This document shows, one piece after another, positions 27,403-38,374 of a stretch of 64,000 nucleotides of DNA. The DNA lies in the IMG/VR virus record IMGVR_UViG_3300017989_000003, positions 91,387-155,386 of that record, one strand, 5' to 3'. Origin of the DNA: a virus. The notes beneath the pieces are model-generated. The model was given only the letters and a program-made list of their open reading frames with translations. It did no database searches and was not told the origin of the DNA. A program made the position numbers and the translations under genes. Positions within the stretch are counted from its first letter, which is position 1; every line of letters begins with the position of its first letter.

Positions 27403-27738
27403 TTACCTTTCGGCTATAGTTGTTTCGTTAATGTTTTTAATTATACCAAACATGTCAATAATTTCGAATAATGAATAGTACTTCCCATTTATCTCTTTGG
27501 TCATGACGTACTCTACTTGAATCAAGTTATTGGATTCGAGCATAACATCCTCTTTTACTTGTTTAACATTTACGTTTATACCTAAAGCCATATAGCGCTT
27601 AGTTGTGTTTTTGTACTTATCGGTGCTTTTAGACAGTATTTGTATGTTACCTGATGTTAGGTCAACAATCTTAAAATCAAGTATTTTGGAGTCTACATAA
27701 TCCAACACATAAAATTTTATGAGTTTATTAAGTACCAT
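27403..27738 (-). CDS. hypothetical protein
   Basis: ORF. Confidence 0.7.
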   Translation of the reverse strand: MVLNKLIKFYVLDYVDSKILDFKIVDLTSGNIQILSKSTDKYKNTTKRYMALGINVNVKQVKEDVMLESNNLIQVEYVMTKEINGKYYSLFEIIDMFGIIKNINETTIAER

Positions 27739-28159
27739 GTAACACCTTTTGTATTGCTTTTTTAATATTTATTACAGCTTTCTCTTGCTTAGCTGTGTAT
27801 GTTTGGTTTCTTTGGGTATAGTCTTTTATTCCTAATAGAATTTTAACATTATTTTCTGCAAAGTCCGCCATATTTTTTGGGATTCTATCGACGTCAGATA
27901 TAGTCTCATCAATAGTATCGATGAATTCTGGTATTCCTAGTTTTTGATACACTTTCTTGTCTACTGTACTCTCTTGGATACACTCTTCGTAAAAATGCAA
28001 AACTGTGTTATAGGACAAGCCTGTGCTCCATCCACACTCACAAGTCGTTCTGTATCTTGTTGTTTTTTGCGGTCTAACAACTTTACCATTTTTATTCTTT
28101 GTGGCTTCTACAATATCAATTACCTCACCACATTTTGGGCATTTGAAGTACCTTTCCAT
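27728..28159 (-). CDS. hypothetical Zn-finger protein
   Basis: CPKC...CEC. Confidence 0.75.
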   Translation of the reverse strand: MERYFKCPKCGEVIDIVEATKNKNGKVVRPQKTTRYRTTCECGWSTGLSYNTVLHFYEECIQESTVDKKVYQKLGIPEFIDTIDETISDVDRIPKNMADFAENNVKILLGIKDYTQRNQTYTAKQEKAVINIKKAIQKVLHGT

Positions 28160-28179
28160 TTTTCCTCTTGTTGTTTAAT

Positions 28180-28240
28180 GACAGTTGTCGTCAAGGGGTA
28201 ATTCGTTACCGGTTGCAAAATACCCCTTGACAAAATTGAC
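28180..28240. repeat. dispersed palindromic repeat, full copy
   Basis: GTCAAGGGGTA/TACCCCTTGAC stem; near-identical to the 46956 and 57830 copies. Confidence 0.9.
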
Positions 28241-28467
28241 TAGCGTCTATTCTTTTTTCTTGACGCTTTTTGGGACTTTCGTGTGTTCTTTCTCCTGGTA
28301 TTATACTTTGGAGATACTATCCTACCTTTTTTGTGTTTACTCTGTTTAGCCATAGGAGGTGATTTAGGTAAAGAAATAATCTTCACACCAGAATTTTGTT
28401 TCTTATGGTCTGTAAGTTCTTCTTTGTTTTCTTCTTTGTTTTCTTCGTCCATAGTGCTACCTTTCAA
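28240..28467 (-). CDS. small protein with basic C-terminus (start likely 28452)
   Basis: ORF downstream of promoter. Confidence 0.65.
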   Translation of the reverse strand: MKGSTMDEENKEENKEELTDHKKQNSGVKIISLPKSPPMAKQSKHKKGRIVSPKYNTRRKNTRKSQKASRKKNRR

Positions 28468-28484
28468 CTTTTACTTATTTTAAT

Positions 28485-28512
28485 ATTATAGACATTAATT
28501 TGAGTTTGTCAA
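28485..28512 (-). promoter_or_regulatory. sigma70-type promoter TTGACA-N16-TATAAT
   Basis: Consensus match. Confidence 0.75.
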
Positions 28513-28591
28513 GTACTTTTTACCAAAAAATTCCAAAATTATCTGCATGTTTTTATGATATAATTAGTTTAACAGCTTCGAGGAACTTACT

Positions 28592-28981
28592 ATGATGCTA
28601 TTCATTATGACTGAAAGTATTAGTATTACGCTTATAGCGCCAGTTCTAAGTGCGCTAGTTCTAGCTGTTGGTATTCTTTTTAGACAGTTGTTAAAAGAAC
28701 GAAAAGAAAAAAGTAAGTTGGAAAAAGAATTTCGAGGTAAACAGCATGAGCTAGACAAGACATTTACAAAGACTATTCATGAGATGGAGGAAGAGTTTAG
28801 AAAAGAAATAAAAAAACTATTGGAAGAAAACTACAAAAATGACGTTAAAATTGTGGAAGCTCTCACTAGAATAAACGAAAATAATACGTATGTAATCAAA
28901 GAAATCAGTGAGCTACGTGTAGCTCTTAACGATATTTACATTAACAATAGTACAAACCGTTCTCGTAAAACGACTAAATAG
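28592..28981 (+). CDS. single-TM coiled-coil protein (possibly holin-like)
   Basis: N-terminal TM + coiled coil. Confidence 0.6.
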   Translation: MMLFIMTESISITLIAPVLSALVLAVGILFRQLLKERKEKSKLEKEFRGKQHELDKTFTKTIHEMEEEFRKEIKKLLEENYKNDVKIVEALTRINENNTYVIKEISELRVALNDIYINNSTNRSRKTTK

Positions 28982-28988
28982 GTGGAAC

Positions 28989-29417
28989 ATGGAAAGAAAG
29001 TTTATTGATGACACAGACTGGACTAAGTTTAGTCAAGTATCCGAAGAAATAAGTGATATAGTCAGTAATCTTAGGATACAGCATGTTACCAACCCTGACT
29101 ATATATTTTTAGTCGGTATTGATGAGTGTACTAACGACGATGACTCTAAGTTTCTGGATGTAGAAGGCGTAGATATCATAGGGCATAAAGAGGGTACTGT
29201 AATACTCGAATTAATGTCGAAAATTAAGGGTAATATCTTGGGTATAATTGTCGGAAGCTCAATATCTGATATGACGATTAGTCAGTTTGTTAAAAAAGCT
29301 GGGGGAGTGTTATCACGTAAGTTTATTTATATCCAAAAATCAAACACAACTACAGCTAAGTTATTACGTGATATAATACCTAAAAAGAATAGCACGGGGG
29401 AAAACAATGCCCAATGA
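28989..29417 (+). CDS. hypothetical protein
   Basis: ORF. Confidence 0.75.
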   Translation: MERKFIDDTDWTKFSQVSEEISDIVSNLRIQHVTNPDYIFLVGIDECTNDDDSKFLDVEGVDIIGHKEGTVILELMSKIKGNILGIIVGSSISDMTISQFVKKAGGVLSRKFIYIQKSNTTTAKLLRDIIPKKNSTGENNAQ

Positions 29418-29916
29418 ACGTACACAGTTTCATAATAACTATGTGGTTTACACTAAAGTGACTAGAGATGGTATTTACTCATTTCCAGAAAATGCCATAA
29501 AAGTTTGGAATCCAGTTACGGAAAATGAGATTCTAATTGTGCATGACATTGCAGTTCCAGTAGGTGACTTAAACCTAAAACAAGTTCTGGCGTTCATGAA
29601 CAAAATCGAAATGCTTCCTGTATACAGGAATACATTTGATGATGTCCTTAACGCTACAATCATAGGAGCTAAAAATTTAATTGTAGAGCTATCTAAAGAT
29701 TTTGCTGTAATAGTAAAAGATGGCTCAGATGAACTGTTTACAGGGTCTAGAAACAAAGAAACTGGAATGTACGACGTAAATTTGTTTTCAAAAGAGTCTC
29801 ATATAGAAATCGTAGCTGAGAATGTGTATTTCAAATTGTTGTCAATAATAATACGCGTGTGGTCAGAAAGTAAATTACGTATAAACCACAAACGACGGAA
29901 AAGATATGCCAACTAG
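29407..29916 (+). CDS. hypothetical protein, paralog group with 37892 and 41319
   Basis: Shared motifs. Confidence 0.75.
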   Translation: MPNERTQFHNNYVVYTKVTRDGIYSFPENAIKVWNPVTENEILIVHDIAVPVGDLNLKQVLAFMNKIEMLPVYRNTFDDVLNATIIGAKNLIVELSKDFAVIVKDGSDELFTGSRNKETGMYDVNLFSKESHIEIVAENVYFKLLSIIIRVWSESKLRINHKRRKRYAN

Positions 29917-30250
29917 ACCATTAGAAGTAACATATATTCCCGCTGAAATCATAGGTTTACCATTTATGGTTAACATTGCTGCAAATGTAGTAACACCAGT
30001 AGGTGGTATCGAATTTGATGATGCTGTAGGAATATGGGTTGTTAGTAATAAAGCGTTTTATTTTACTTTTGCTGATAATGACATAGATGCTACTGCACAA
30101 CTGAACAACGATGCGACTAGAGGTTGGAGAGGTGCAGGGTCGTGGTCTTTTACGTATTATGCGGAGGAACGTAAGTTATACTGCAAGAGTATCGATAACG
30201 GTACAATAATATCGTTTGAGAGGCTTAAAGCTTTCTCCCCAATCGAGTAA
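29906..30250 (+). CDS. hypothetical (possibly structural) protein
   Basis: ORF. Confidence 0.7.
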   Translation: MPTRPLEVTYIPAEIIGLPFMVNIAANVVTPVGGIEFDDAVGIWVVSNKAFYFTFADNDIDATAQLNNDATRGWRGAGSWSFTYYAEERKLYCKSIDNGTIISFERLKAFSPIE

Positions 30251-30290
30251 TTTACGTAATTTTTGTTACTGACAGCGAAACAGGTGATAT

Positions 30291-32549
30291 ATGACAGATT
30301 TTGGTTGGAATCCAGGATACCCATTAGGTGATGGTGGTGGCGGTGGCACTGGAAGTTTTGTAATAAAGGGCACCATTGATTGCTCATTAAATCCGAATTA
30401 TCCACCTGCTGTACAATGGGACACATACGTTGTTAGTGTAGCTGGTAAGATAGGCGGTATTGCAGGAAAACCAGTTGAAGCTGGAGATTGGATTGTGGCA
30501 TTAGCTGCTAATCCAGGAGGTACAGAAGCTGCTGTAGGTACTATGTGGACTGTGATACAAGTAAACGTGTACCAAGCTACTGAGACATCTATGGGAATAG
30601 CTGAGCTAGCTACTAACGCTGAGGCGTTAGCTGGTGGTGACGATGAAAGAATTGTCACTCCTGCTAAACTTAAAAATTCTTTTGATTCAGCTATAACAAC
30701 AGTTGTATTTGTGGATGGTAACAGGGTAGATGCATATCCTGAAAGTGGTTCATGGTTACATCCGTATAAAACAATTCAGGCAGCTTTTAACGCTGTTGGA
30801 AATGGCACTAAAATAAGTATTAAACCCAAGTCTACGATATATAATGAGGATTTAGTCCTAGTAGACAAAACAGATATATTGATGGAAGGGCAAGAGACAA
30901 AGACAGGAGATGTCGTTCGAGTTAAATCTGTTACTATTAACCAAACTACTACGACTAAAGTTTATCTTAAAGACATTAAGATAGAAACTGACGACATTAC
31001 TGTAACTGGCTTAACTTACAATGATGGTACAGACTGTTTGTTTGAAAATGTGGTGTTTAGAAATCACTCCGGTGGCGGCGGAGTTGTTCCTGTTGTAAAT
31101 ATTGCTGGAAGTACTGACTATCCACCATTATTCCATAAGTGCACTATATTTAATGATGGTTCTGGTGTTGTAGTAGGTGGTACTAGTTCTAACGGTTGGG
31201 TGAAGTTTATTAGCTGTTTAGACGGTGCTGATTTTGTAATGAACGGCTTGTACAATGTTCTCATTGATAAATCTACTGGATGGAAAACTATTACGCATCA
31301 CGCCGGTATACTACACTTTCTTACGTCACAGGCAGACGATATAGTATCTGATGCGCCAGATGTTCCCACAAACTATCTGTATTGTGATAATTTCTCTCTT
31401 CGTAGAGCAAATATGTCACAAGGCGGTTTTAATAAAACGGGTTTATGCCAGCATATTATTGGATTTGGGGATTATGATACAACAGCTGGCGCGATTAATG
31501 GCGTACGTCAGGACTACACTAGAAATTTTGTTGATTTGTTTATACCAGCTTCGAAAGTATTATGGGTAGACCAAAGCCGAACAGACTTGTATCATGAGGA
31601 TGGTACAATAGCTCGACCTTACCGTTCACTAACCGCTGCTAATGCAGTCGCGGCTGCTGGTGATACGATATTTTTGTATGCTAATACGTTTAACGAAAAC
31701 ATCACGATGGTTCCAGGAGTTGAATACACAAGTTTTGACCGCGAGAATACCATTATTACAAGTAACCAGGATACACTAGTTGTGCCTGCTGCTGGTGATG
31801 TAACTTTGAGGAACATAACTGTGGCGACTATTGGCGCTGGTAAAGCTGCCATTAAAGCTACAACTGTGGTCGGAAATTACATAAAAATGGAAAATGTAAT
31901 AGTTGAATCATCTAGTCCAGACTATACATTTTACTTTAATGATGTAACTGCTGATATATCACTCATAAACGTTGATAGTCGAGACGGGCAATCGTACTTC
32001 GAGAAGACCTCTCAACTTACAGGTGAGAACTTTAATGGGTTTACTACATCAAATATTGTTCCTTTATATCTTAAAGATTGTGATAAACCGATGCCTGCTC
32101 TAGATTGCGGCGTAAGACTTATAGACTGTGGATTTTTGAATATGGACAATATCGTAGGAGATAATGCTGTTATATTCGATGATTCTGATGTAATGGTACA
32201 TGCTTGTCTTTTTAAGAGCTTATTGGATGACGCTCTTGTCGTTTCAAACAATTCGTATGTTAACCTAATAAGTGTTTTACTACAAGCTGACAATGCCGCG
32301 AAATACGACGTAAATTTGGATTCTACGTCAACACTGATACTAAGTGGCGTAGACTTTACAAAATGGTTATTTGCTGGGGGTTGTACTGTAATTTTCAAAA
32401 TTGACCCTGTGACAGTTAAACACGCAGGTAATCCTAATTCTGCGCCAGCATTGAAGGGGCTATTCTCCCAGGAATGCTTTGATACAGTTGCGTCTGTGTG
32501 GTACAAGTGTATTGGTGACCCAGATGGAACTAGTTGGGTAGTCATTTAA
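30291..32549 (+). CDS. fibre/spike protein with beta-helix-like regions
   Basis: ATE...GIAELAT..E fibre motif; two GS/GT...PY.(T/S)..A modules. Confidence 0.75.
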   Translation: MTDFGWNPGYPLGDGGGGGTGSFVIKGTIDCSLNPNYPPAVQWDTYVVSVAGKIGGIAGKPVEAGDWIVALAANPGGTEAAVGTMWTVIQVNVYQATETSMGIAELATNAEALAGGDDERIVTPAKLKNSFDSAITTVVFVDGNRVDAYPESGSWLHPYKTIQAAFNAVGNGTKISIKPKSTIYNEDLVLVDKTDILMEGQETKTGDVVRVKSVTINQTTTTKVYLKDIKIETDDITVTGLTYNDGTDCLFENVVFRNHSGGGGVVPVVNIAGSTDYPPLFHKCTIFNDGSGVVVGGTSSNGWVKFISCLDGADFVMNGLYNVLIDKSTGWKTITHHAGILHFLTSQADDIVSDAPDVPTNYLYCDNFSLRRANMSQGGFNKTGLCQHIIGFGDYDTTAGAINGVRQDYTRNFVDLFIPASKVLWVDQSRTDLYHEDGTIARPYRSLTAANAVAAAGDTIFLYANTFNENITMVPGVEYTSFDRENTIITSNQDTLVVPAAGDVTLRNITVATIGAGKAAIKATTVVGNYIKMENVIVESSSPDYTFYFNDVTADISLINVDSRDGQSYFEKTSQLTGENFNGFTTSNIVPLYLKDCDKPMPALDCGVRLIDCGFLNMDNIVGDNAVIFDDSDVMVHACLFKSLLDDALVVSNNSYVNLISVLLQADNAAKYDVNLDSTSTLILSGVDFTKWLFAGGCTVIFKIDPVTVKHAGNPNSAPALKGLFSQECFDTVASVWYKCIGDPDGTSWVVI

Positions 32550-32620
32550 TAGTTTTGAATGGTGGTCAATTACTTAAAGTATAATTTTATTTTACTATGT
32601 AACTACTTGGAGATTACAAA

Positions 32621-34273
32621 ATGGCTTGGACTAAACCTTACCAATACGCGCACTATATGGGAGAACATGCTAATGACTCTACAGCTTTAGCTTTCATTCA
32701 GGCGCTAAAATGGGATTCTGACGGAGATGGAACTGGTGACCCTCAAGAGGGTATGGTGTATCAAGATAGCACGCTTCATATTATGAAAGTGTACAATGGT
32801 ACTTCATGGACAGCTATTGGCGCTGACCAGAATTTGTGGGAAACAATCTCGTCAGATTCAGGAAGCACATCGGCTGATAGCCCAACTGACACTCTTACAA
32901 TCGCTGGTGGAGAAGGTATTGACACGTCTATCACAGACGATACGCTTACAATCGCTGGTGAAAATGCTGATGACGCTGGAAACAAAGGTATTGCATCATT
33001 TGCGTCTGACGACTTCGACGTGACAGACGGAGATGTGGCTCTTGAAGATACTGTCGTAAAAACTGTAGCTAGTGACAGTGGTTCTGCAACACCATCTACT
33101 CATGGATTTGGTATTAAGGGCGGGGAAGGTATCGACACATCAGGTGCTGGTACAGATATTACAATTGCTGGTGAAAATGCAACTGACACCAACAAAGGTA
33201 TTGCATCTTTTGATGCAACGGACTTCACTGTTACAGATGGAGATGTAACAATCAATGATGGTGGTATTGACCATGGTAATTTGGAAGCAACTTCACTGTT
33301 AGACGATGACCATACGCAGTATATTCTTGTTACAGGTGGTCGTGCATTTACTGGAAACCAGGCAATGGGTGGAAACAAAATCACTGGTCTTGGAACGCCA
33401 ACAGCCAATGCTGATGCAGCTACAAAAGAATACGTTGACCAACACCGTGATTGGCAAACTTCTGTTAAAGATAAAGACCTTGCTGTTCCACCAGTTGGAC
33501 CCAGTGAAGGTGACAGATATATTGTCGGTAAACACTCATATGCAATTGTAGCTGTTGACACAGGAAATGAAACTTTCTCAATTGCTGGTGACCATTCTTC
33601 TGAATTGAGTGCAACTGAGAAGTTTGATGTTGTTGGCTCTACTGGTAATGACGGACAGTGGACTGTGCAATCTATCGTGTACAGTGACCCAAATACTGTA
33701 ATTACAGTAACTGGTGATATCACAGACGCTACAGTTGACGGTGACATCGAATTTGCAGAAGACGCTTGGAACACACACGAAAATGATATCGCAGAGTGGG
33801 ACGGCGTATCTGCGTGGGATATGTATGAGCCAGACGAAGGTTGTACAACTCGTGTTGAGGACGAGGATAAATTTTATGTCTTTGATGGAACAAATTGGGG
33901 TAGTTGGGATGCGGCAACTGACCATGGGTTACTCCTGGGTTTAGAAGACGATGACCACGAACAATACCACAATGATACCAGAGGTGACGCTCGTTATTAC
34001 ACGCAAACACAGATTGGTGGAACCGGTGCTGGGACTGAAGGAGCATTACTTGTCGGAACGGACAGTAAGGGCAATCTTGGTTCTTCAACTACAGTCGAAG
34101 CATGCCTGGAAAATTTGAACACGAAGAACCCCCCAAAACGTGCGTCTAATGCAGGGAATCCAAATGCAGGCGCTGGAATAGCTGGTGCAGTTGGGGACAT
34201 TATTGTCGATACAGACAATGATGTGCCATACATGAATATAGATGGCACCGCCACTGGTTGGATTGTTATATAA
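32621..34273 (+). CDS. fibre-like structural protein with shared MAWTKPYQY N-module
   Basis: Internal repeats (DSGS...GGEGIDTS...KGIASF), DDH.QY, PT...DAATK.YVD motifs. Confidence 0.8.
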   Translation: MAWTKPYQYAHYMGEHANDSTALAFIQALKWDSDGDGTGDPQEGMVYQDSTLHIMKVYNGTSWTAIGADQNLWETISSDSGSTSADSPTDTLTIAGGEGIDTSITDDTLTIAGENADDAGNKGIASFASDDFDVTDGDVALEDTVVKTVASDSGSATPSTHGFGIKGGEGIDTSGAGTDITIAGENATDTNKGIASFDATDFTVTDGDVTINDGGIDHGNLEATSLLDDDHTQYILVTGGRAFTGNQAMGGNKITGLGTPTANADAATKEYVDQHRDWQTSVKDKDLAVPPVGPSEGDRYIVGKHSYAIVAVDTGNETFSIAGDHSSELSATEKFDVVGSTGNDGQWTVQSIVYSDPNTVITVTGDITDATVDGDIEFAEDAWNTHENDIAEWDGVSAWDMYEPDEGCTTRVEDEDKFYVFDGTNWGSWDAATDHGLLLGLEDDDHEQYHNDTRGDARYYTQTQIGGTGAGTEGALLVGTDSKGNLGSSTTVEACLENLNTKNPPKRASNAGNPNAGAGIAGAVGDIIVDTDNDVPYMNIDGTATGWIVI

Positions 34274-34285
34274 TTGATATTACAA

Positions 34286-34317
34286 GGGGCTGGTATTTAC
34301 GTAATACCGCCCCTTTT
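34286..34317 (+). terminator. probable terminator
   Basis: GGGGC.GGTATT/AATACCGCCCC stem followed by Ts. Confidence 0.6.
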
Positions 34318-34340
34318 ACTAATTTTAATCGAGGCGTGGA

Positions 34341-36080
34341 ATGGCTTGGACTAAACCTTATCAATATGCAAACTATGTGGGTGAACATGCTGATGATGCT
34401 ACGGCGCTAGCTTTTATTAAATCTATAAAGTGGGATTCAAATGGCGATGGAACAGGAAATGCGCAAGCAGGCATGTTGTACTATAACACTACTTCCAATA
34501 GGGTTAGGTGGTATAATGGCTCAGGCTGGGTAGAAATAGTTCCAGGTGGCTACACTGGAGTTCAAGTTTACTTTTTCGGAAAACACGGGGACGACGCAAA
34601 TGATGGAAAGAGCCCTGAAAACGCAAAAGAAACAATCGGTTCTGCGTGTACGGCGGCTGGTTCCCCGTTAGAAACAGCAAAAGTAATCATTAGAGGTTTA
34701 GACGGAGGAACATATTCTGAGAACGTTACAATACCTCAAAATACCATGCTCTACGCTCCAGCAGCAACAATAGCTGGATACCTTACATTTGGAACTAATT
34801 CTAACGCAAATATTTATAGATTTTCTGGGCAATCTAGTGTCGACTACACACTGCAATTTAATAGCGGTACAGCCGCAAGCTGCAACTATTGCAAAATTCA
34901 AGAAGTGTACCATCCAAATAGAAATGTGTGCCTTGTCAATACAGCAGGAAGCGTATATTTTGATGTCGACAAATGGACTAGTGCAGGAAGCACATCATAT
35001 TCTGCAATTGTCCACCAGGCAGGAACTATATATGGACAGATTAAGAATTTCACTACAGGCGGACATAGCATTTACGCATATGGTTCTACAGCAAAAAAGA
35101 TGTACCTTACATTTGAGTATATTAATGTATCAAGCTATGGTGGTAGATTCATAAAAACAAATTCAGATGCTAAATTTAACGGATATATAAAGGCGAATTA
35201 TTTGTATTGTTATGATTGGTTTATTGATAATGATAGCAGCGAGGGGAGCGACAATTTCTCAGTCGAAATTGACATAAATCATGCGTACATAGGAACTGGA
35301 TGGACTGCTGTGGATATTAAGTATGGAAAATTATCCGGAAGAATTGGCGAACTCACGTCGATAGGAACTTTATTTACAGGCGGCGCTGGAAGTATTATAG
35401 ATTTAACTGTTGGAACGATGATATCAACTGGTGCAGGGTCTTACATAGCAAATCTAGCTTACGGTTCTGAATTTAAGCTTTCAGCAAATAAAATTAAGTA
35501 CTCTAAGTATTTCGTGAATTCCACGCATGCAAACAACAAAATAGACATATCAACAAATTATTTGGAAGCAACTGACACAGGAGCCGCTATAGTCGGCGTA
35601 ACAGCAAGCGCTGGAGAAGTAAGACTTAATGTCCATAATAATTGGAATTTACACAGTTCTGGCTCCACACCGTGGTCTATCAGTAGCACTGCGGTCTTTA
35701 AGGCGAATATAACTGAGTTGTCAAATTACAATACATCTTATCCGCCAACCTCTAACAGCAACACAGAAGTATACTACAATAAAGGCAACTCGACAATAAG
35801 CAGTGCGACTCACTACGACGACCTAAATGTTGTGGGAATAAAAACAATTTTTGTCGATACTACTTCTAATGATGTGACTATCGGTGGTTTTTCTGGCGGG
35901 ACAAAAGGACAAACAATAGAGATTATTAAAACCGTTACAGCGAATAATTTGATTATTGAATACGCAGAAGACTCAGGAACTCAGCAAATTTATATAGAGG
36001 GTAGTGGTGATAAATCTATAACAGATTGGGGAATCGCGCAATTAGTATGCGATGGCTCAAATTGGTTCTATTCACCATAA
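34341..36080 (+). CDS. spike-like structural protein with shared MAWTKPYQY N-module
   Basis: GDDANDGKSPENAKETI motif followed by beta-rich body. Confidence 0.8.
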   Translation: MAWTKPYQYANYVGEHADDATALAFIKSIKWDSNGDGTGNAQAGMLYYNTTSNRVRWYNGSGWVEIVPGGYTGVQVYFFGKHGDDANDGKSPENAKETIGSACTAAGSPLETAKVIIRGLDGGTYSENVTIPQNTMLYAPAATIAGYLTFGTNSNANIYRFSGQSSVDYTLQFNSGTAASCNYCKIQEVYHPNRNVCLVNTAGSVYFDVDKWTSAGSTSYSAIVHQAGTIYGQIKNFTTGGHSIYAYGSTAKKMYLTFEYINVSSYGGRFIKTNSDAKFNGYIKANYLYCYDWFIDNDSSEGSDNFSVEIDINHAYIGTGWTAVDIKYGKLSGRIGELTSIGTLFTGGAGSIIDLTVGTMISTGAGSYIANLAYGSEFKLSANKIKYSKYFVNSTHANNKIDISTNYLEATDTGAAIVGVTASAGEVRLNVHNNWNLHSSGSTPWSISSTAVFKANITELSNYNTSYPPTSNSNTEVYYNKGNSTISSATHYDDLNVVGIKTIFVDTTSNDVTIGGFSGGTKGQTIEIIKTVTANNLIIEYAEDSGTQQIYIEGSGDKSITDWGIAQLVCDGSNWFYSP

Positions 36081-36094
36081 ATAAATGGAGACTT

Positions 36095-36826
36095 ATGGAA
36101 AAAGTTATATCAAGTAATTTCAATAATTTTATTGGAGAGTTTGAGAGCGACACTACTGCCATTAATTATATAAAGTCGGGAAAATGGGACTCTAACGGTG
36201 ATGGAACTGGAGGAGTTGATTACGGAGTAGTGTATTACAACTCCACAACCAAGAAACTAAGATGTTTTGATGGCACAAATTGGGGTAATTGCATCAATAT
36301 GATTGTGTCACTAGAAGATAACTCAACAAGCTGGGAACTTAAAGTGGACGCAAACGGTAAGTTGAAATCTAAAAATACCGCAACTGGTGTCGAAGTAGTC
36401 CATATTGCAGAAAATTTACCATCATCTCCCAATAGTACATTGTATATACACAAAATACTTCGTGATGACGGACTAGAGCAATCACCCTCAGGTATGTTGC
36501 TAAAATGGACTAATGTTGGGAGAACACAAAACAAATGGTTAAAAGGGGGTGAGGGTATACCGTCTAATATAACTGGAGAATTAATATTTAAGGATGCTTA
36601 CCTTGTTTCAGTGTCTGTAATATCTAAACAAGAAGCTTCGTATGATATAAAAATATGTGCAGATAATGACTACAATAATTGGCTCGCAGAATTGGCAATC
36701 GAATCTGCACGAAAAGCGTCATTTACAGGACTGAATATAGCTGTTGATGCAGGTTCGGAGTTACAGTGTTTTTTAAGTGGTGCAGCTACATACCCTACTG
36801 TAGTTGCTGAGTTGTTGTGGAGGTAA
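36095..36826 (+). CDS. structural protein with shared WDSNGDGTG N-module
   Basis: Start moved to ATG behind GGAG. Confidence 0.75.
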   Translation: MEKVISSNFNNFIGEFESDTTAINYIKSGKWDSNGDGTGGVDYGVVYYNSTTKKLRCFDGTNWGNCINMIVSLEDNSTSWELKVDANGKLKSKNTATGVEVVHIAENLPSSPNSTLYIHKILRDDGLEQSPSGMLLKWTNVGRTQNKWLKGGEGIPSNITGELIFKDAYLVSVSVISKQEASYDIKICADNDYNNWLAELAIESARKASFTGLNIAVDAGSELQCFLSGAATYPTVVAELLWR

Positions 36827-36827
36827 G

Positions 36828-37880
36828 ATGACTAACCGTATTATTAAAAATTTAACTGGTTCTGATGAGATGATTGCTGACCTGGGCGTTACTGTCCCTT
36901 CGGAATCATCGATAGACTTATGTGACTCATGCCAACTTGAGGAAATAGCGAACTCTGATGACTTAATTGAGCTTCTAGGACAAGGAGTCTCTAATTTTGT
37001 AATTAATGATGGCGTTCGAGATTATACAATAGGAGAAGGGATAGACTTAGTTAGACGTATAGTACAGAAATTTCCTACTGACACTGTTAGCCAGACTCCC
37101 CGGTTTTCTGTAATTCCACCAGAAGGAAATGAAGTAATTATAATATCACACAACTGGTGTGACAAATGTACTTGGTATACGAATAGTACTCGAATTGCCG
37201 AAGAAGAAGCTGAGGTACTTTCCGATAGTGGAGATGGTCTTACGTTTAATTCACAACATGAGTTTTGGATAGACTTGAACCACGGTAGACTTTCGAAAGA
37301 AGAATACATAAAAACTGCGTACTTACCAATTATAAAAGTTAATGGGGTTACAGTTACAGAACGGACACCATTTTCAGACGAAGGTGGTGACTTTGTAATA
37401 GATTATGAAAGCGGGAGTGTAACTTTTAGTAGTAGCCAGTCAGGAAAAACTGTAACGGCTATTTATAGCTATGCTAGTGATAGTGTATTTAGTGTGGTTC
37501 CTTCTGGCAGTGAAATTCTTAGGGTTGAGCGGGCTGAAGTTCAGTTCTCTAAGAACATAGAAATGAATGACTCAGTTGCATTTCAAATTTGGGCTTATAA
37601 TCCACTGGACTTACCTAATAAAGTACAGGTACAAGATTCAGATGTGTTTAAGACAGTCAGAGATTTCGTAGATGACGCAACTGGCTGTTATCCTGAAATA
37701 CCAGCTTTTGGGGGTACTAAAAGAGGATTGTCGTATCCTCATATAGTCTTACCCTTTAATTACAGAACTGTTCGCGACTTAAAAGGAAGTGATGGACTGG
37801 AGATTAGAATTAAGCTAGAAAACGATATCCCATTTGGGGGAGAATTTGCTACAATAACATTTTATTGTACGTCTATGTAG
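36828..37880 (+). CDS. hypothetical structural protein
   Basis: GGAGG RBS; DYESGSVTF...Y.Y Ig-like motif. Confidence 0.75.
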   Translation: MTNRIIKNLTGSDEMIADLGVTVPSESSIDLCDSCQLEEIANSDDLIELLGQGVSNFVINDGVRDYTIGEGIDLVRRIVQKFPTDTVSQTPRFSVIPPEGNEVIIISHNWCDKCTWYTNSTRIAEEEAEVLSDSGDGLTFNSQHEFWIDLNHGRLSKEEYIKTAYLPIIKVNGVTVTERTPFSDEGGDFVIDYESGSVTFSSSQSGKTVTAIYSYASDSVFSVVPSGSEILRVERAEVQFSKNIEMNDSVAFQIWAYNPLDLPNKVQVQDSDVFKTVRDFVDDATGCYPEIPAFGGTKRGLSYPHIVLPFNYRTVRDLKGSDGLEIRIKLENDIPFGGEFATITFYCTSM

Positions 37881-37891
37881 GAGAAAATATC

Positions 37892-38365
37892 ATGCGGAAG
37901 CAACTGCCAAATAATTACGTGATTAACTTCACAGCTAAAGAAAATGACTTGTATGAGGTAGACAGTGTAAAATACTGGGACGTAGAGTTACAAATCGACA
38001 AAGATTACCTTGGTTACATAGAAATACCAGAAGGTGATTTAACTTTCGACGAGCTTTATGTGTTCATACAAGAAATTCAACGTCGTGAAGAATACCTGAA
38101 CACTAATAGAAATGTATTAGATGAACTTCTGTCGAATTTTAGTAGTGTCAAAGTTATGCTGTCGTATGATATGTCAGGTTCATTATTTATAGACAATGAG
38201 GGTGAAGATTACGAACTGATAACAGCGACTAAAGTAGAAAAAAACTTTTACGTAGTTGCTAATATGACTCTATTTGGAGTTGATGATTTTGACGAGACGC
38301 TTAATCTGCATGAATACATGGACTTAATTACAGTAGTTTTACAAAAGTGGTATAAAAACACATAA
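37892..38365 (+). CDS. hypothetical protein, paralog group with 29407 and 41319
   Basis: AGGAG RBS; shared motifs. Confidence 0.75.
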   Translation: MRKQLPNNYVINFTAKENDLYEVDSVKYWDVELQIDKDYLGYIEIPEGDLTFDELYVFIQEIQRREEYLNTNRNVLDELLSNFSSVKVMLSYDMSGSLFIDNEGEDYELITATKVEKNFYVVANMTLFGVDDFDETLNLHEYMDLITVVLQKWYKNT

Positions 38366-38374
38366 GGATACGTA

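Noticed and set aside
30398-34254. Numerous antisense and alternative-frame ORFs within structural genes
   Set aside because: Expected shadows of codon bias in long genes.
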